Origin: Gammaproteobacteria bacterium
GTDB lineage: Bacteria; Pseudomonadota; Gammaproteobacteria; Arenicellales; Poriferihabitantaceae
Direction: 5' to 3'
Assembly (NCBI GenBank): GCA_009841725.1
Contig: VYGS01000095.1
Location: 1 to 53,812 of the forward strand
DNA: 53,812 bases
The position numbers and the translations under genes were made by a program. This document shows positions 51,160-53,812 of the stretch, one piece after another. Each line of letters opens with the position of its first letter. Positions within the stretch are counted from its first letter, which is position 1. The notes under the pieces were generated by a model. It saw nothing but the letters and a program-made list of their open reading frames with translations. It searched no databases and had not been told where the DNA came from.

Positions 51160-52776
51160 TCATATCCGGATTCTCGCTGCAATCAGCCAGATCAGAAACA
51201 GGACCGGTACACCGATCAGGGCCGTGAACAGGAAAAAATTCTCGTATCCGATGGTGTCGACCATGCTTCCGGAATATCCCCCGAGAATCTTGGGAAGCAG
51301 GAACATGAACGAGGTAAAGATCGCGTATTGCATGGCCGAAAAGCGGACATTGGTCAGCGATGAGAGAAACGCCACGAAGGCGGCGCTCGCCAGTCCCGCG
51401 CTCAGATTGTCCGCCACGATCACTGCATACAGCATGGACATGTTCTGCCCCGTTTGAGCCAGCAGGATGAACATCAGGTTCGTGGCGGCAGACAGGATGC
51501 CTCCGAGAAACAGGATCTTCAATACTCCGGCCCGCACCGCCAGGATGCCTCCGAGAAAGCCGCCGAGCAGGGTCATCCACAGACCGAACAGCTTCGAGGC
51601 GGTCGCGATGTCGTTCTTGCTGAACCCGAGATCCTGATAGAAGACATTGGCAATGACTCCAAGCACGATGTCGGAGATGCGATAGCAGCCGATCAGTGCC
51701 AGAAGAAGCAGGGCGAAACGGATTCCGTAGCGCCGGAAAAAGTCCACGACCGGATCGAAATACAGGGCTTTCATGATCTGCCGCGGCACGATATTCACGG
51801 CAATCAGCGCGGCGCCCACGGCGACCGCGCCGCCTGCAGCGGCCGACAACCGGACCAGTCCCACCAGTGCGCCGGCCAGCGCCCGGTTTCCTGTCGCATC
51901 CTTCAGCCATGCGTTCAGTGCGGCCGAGATGTCTGCGGTCAGCACATAGGTCCCGATGAACGCCGATACGCAAAGCAGGAACAGGACCAGTATCTGCGCA
52001 TGCTGGCGGCTCCCCGACTGCTCGACCTCTCGCGAGATTTTCGGTTCCGCAATGATCAATGTCGTCGCGATGCCGATGCCCATGCAGGCGGCCATGATCT
52101 GGTACGTGGCACTCCAGGCATCGTAGGAATAGCTCTCTGCGGTGGATCCCAGTGCGCTCGCCAGATACAGTGCCCCGGCCCCGGTCACCAGCATGCCGAT
52201 GCGGTATCCGGCAATATAGGACGACGACATGAGCGCCTGCAGTTCCGGTCCGGCCGACTCGATGCGATAGGCATCGATCACGATGTCCTGGGTTGCGGAG
52301 GAAAATCCCAGCATGACCGCCGCGAGGGCAAGATAGATCAGCTTGCTCTCCCCGCTCGCCGGATCGACGAAAGACATGAGAAGAATCGCGATGATCACCA
52401 ATACCTGTGCAAGCAGAATCCAGGCGCGGCGCCGGCCCAGGGCACGCGTGAGAAACGGCAGGGGCAGGCTGTCTGCGAGCGGGGCCCAGACAAATTTGAA
52501 TGAGTAGCCGAGAGCCGCCCAGCTGAAAAATGTCACCACCGAGCGCTCGACTCCCGCCTCCCGGAGCCAGAGCGACAGGGACGAGAAAATCAGCATCAGC
52601 GGCAGCCCCGCCGAAAAGCCGAGAAACAGCATCGTGACCACCCTCGGATGCAAAAAGGCGCGAAAGGCGGTGGCCCAGTTGCTTCCGACTCCAGAAGCAG
52701 GGCTGTCGGTGGCTGCGCTCATGGAAACAGGCGATTTGATTCGGTGGAAGAAGCCCGGTTCATTGGTATCGGCCAA
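51160..52776 (-). CDS. ampG: AmpG-family MFS muropeptide permease
   Basis: The TTG start at 52776 has AAGGA 7 nt upstream. The sequence contains LGFSAGLPLMLIFSSLSLWLREAGV...KFVWAPLADS...LGRRRAW. Confidence 0.85.
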   Translation of the reverse strand: MADTNEPGFFHRIKSPVSMSAATDSPASGVGSNWATAFRAFLHPRVVTMLFLGFSAGLPLMLIFSSLSLWLREAGVERSVVTFFSWAALGYSFKFVWAPLADSLPLPFLTRALGRRRAWILLAQVLVIIAILLMSFVDPASGESKLIYLALAAVMLGFSSATQDIVIDAYRIESAGPELQALMSSSYIAGYRIGMLVTGAGALYLASALGSTAESYSYDAWSATYQIMAACMGIGIATTLIIAEPKISREVEQSGSRQHAQILVLFLLCVSAFIGTYVLTADISAALNAWLKDATGNRALAGALVGLVRLSAAAGGAVAVGAALIAVNIVPRQIMKALYFDPVVDFFRRYGIRFALLLLALIGCYRISDIVLGVIANVFYQDLGFSKNDIATASKLFGLWMTLLGGFLGGILAVRAGVLKILFLGGILSAATNLMFILLAQTGQNMSMLYAVIVADNLSAGLASAAFVAFLSSLTNVRFSAMQYAIFTSFMFLLPKILGGYSGSMVDTIGYENFFLFTALIGVPVLFLIWLIAARIRI

Positions 52777-52898
52777 TGTCCATCCTTAACTGGCATGCCC
52801 GAAGGAATTCTCGTCATTGAATTCAGGGGGAGAGTCGTGGCAGGCAGATCAACCGCATTATATCATCGCGCCGACCCCTAGATTGTCGAACCGGCGGC

Positions 52899-53756
52899 CT
52901 ATCCTCCTTCGAGATCAAAGACCATGAGATCTTCCGCAATCTGGCTGCGGCCCGAGAAGTATCGGGACAGCTCGTCACGAATCAGTTCGTGATTCCCGAC
53001 GCTGTCCATGTACTTTCGAAGATGGGTCAGGACCAGTTGCTTGACGCCGATGCGTTCCGCCATCCGTGAAATTTCGTCGGGCGAAGGCGACAGGCTGGTG
53101 ACGCACGGATAGTGCCGTTCATGGCTCAGGCGATAACACCAGTGCAGCAACAGGTCCGCATTTCGCGCCAGTTCTTCCATCTGCGGGCACAACCCGGCAT
53201 CTCCGGAATAGACAACCGACTTTCCGTTCGCCTCGATCCGGATGGCCAGGCTGACAAGGTACGGCTGGACATGCGGAACGAAACAGGTCGTCAGGCTCCA
53301 GTTCCCGGTCGAGAAGGCGAACCCGGGCGCGATTTCGGTCACCTTTGGATTCGGCCATGGCCTGGGCAGGCTCCCGCCGCGACCCAGCCAGACTTCCTGA
53401 GACCCCGGAAATTCGGTCCGGGCCACGAGATCGGCCGCAAAGACGCCCTTCTTCCCGAACAACCGTTCGGTGATTTCTCCGATCGGCTCGGGACCCCAGA
53501 CTTCCGGACAGGTTCCCGCCTCGTCCCATGCCGCATGCACGAGCCGGGCATAGTCCATCATGTGGTCCGAATGCAGGTGGGTGAAAAACACATGGGTGAC
53601 ATCAGAAGGCATCCGATCCGACTGGATCAGCCTGTCCACCACCCCGCCGCCGCAATCCAGCAGTATCGAGTCCCCGCCGACTTCGACCAGGTAGCCGGAC
53701 GATGCGCGGCGCTTGTGCGACTCGGGAGAGCCGGTACCCAGGCATGTGATTTTCAT
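52899..53756 (-). CDS. MBL-fold metallo-hydrolase (RNase Z / beta-lactamase-like superfamily)
   Basis: The sequence contains MKITCLGTGSP..., ILLDCGGG and the HxHxDH motif THLHSDH. GAGGAA lies upstream of ATG 53756. Confidence 0.8.
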   Translation of the reverse strand: MKITCLGTGSPESHKRRASSGYLVEVGGDSILLDCGGGVVDRLIQSDRMPSDVTHVFFTHLHSDHMMDYARLVHAAWDEAGTCPEVWGPEPIGEITERLFGKKGVFAADLVARTEFPGSQEVWLGRGGSLPRPWPNPKVTEIAPGFAFSTGNWSLTTCFVPHVQPYLVSLAIRIEANGKSVVYSGDAGLCPQMEELARNADLLLHWCYRLSHERHYPCVTSLSPSPDEISRMAERIGVKQLVLTHLRKYMDSVGNHELIRDELSRYFSGRSQIAEDLMVFDLEGG

Positions 53757-53812
53757 GATTCGTTCCTCGTTGTCCGTGTCTCTTCATCCGGTCCTGCCAT
53801 TGCCCGAAATTC

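Overview
This is a 53.8-kb, GC-rich, gene-dense chromosomal segment. Hand counts give about 60% G+C in typical coding lines, for example 37/60 in 10201-10260. Gene content and local synteny look gammaproteobacterial: guaB-guaA, tadA, rnr-rlmB, hflK-hflC-DUF2065-purA, yggS-proC-yggT, glnA, ampG and asmA. That assignment is an inference from memory of protein families, since no search was possible. I can support about 47 protein-coding genes, almost all housekeeping: nucleotide, amino-acid and nitrogen metabolism, RNA and DNA processing, and envelope functions. I found no rRNA, tRNA, CRISPR array, transposase or integrase by eye.

Two notes on the ORF track. The first 'M' of an ORF can be GTG or TTG, which I verified at several sites. 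Many of the longest ORFs (for example 41..1954, 42346..45552, 15700..17706) are Arg/Pro/Gly-rich antisense shadows of real genes. Two real genes are absent from the track. One is a partial SLC13-type permease that runs off the left edge. The other is a DUF2188 gene with no ATG/GTG/TTG start.

The only clearly accessory stretch is a ~2.3-kb, AT-richer islet at 7914-10193, between guaA and tadA. All its genes are on the minus strand: a toxin-first HigB/HigA-like pair, the start-codon-less DUF2188 gene, a tightly coupled 65-aa/144-aa pair I cannot assign to any family, and two overlapping out-of-frame small ORFs. If the window holds something undescribed, the 65/144-aa module and its islet context is my best candidate.

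Secondary oddities are:
- a Rieske oxygenase translationally coupled to an unassignable 106-aa acidic protein
- an exported phytochelatin-synthase-like protein directly after hom
- an exported MsrA-MsrB fusion with no thioredoxin domain
- a TAG-ATG abutted asmA-DUF938 pair followed by selO
- a perfect 9-bp inverted repeat in an AT-rich island upstream of aceA
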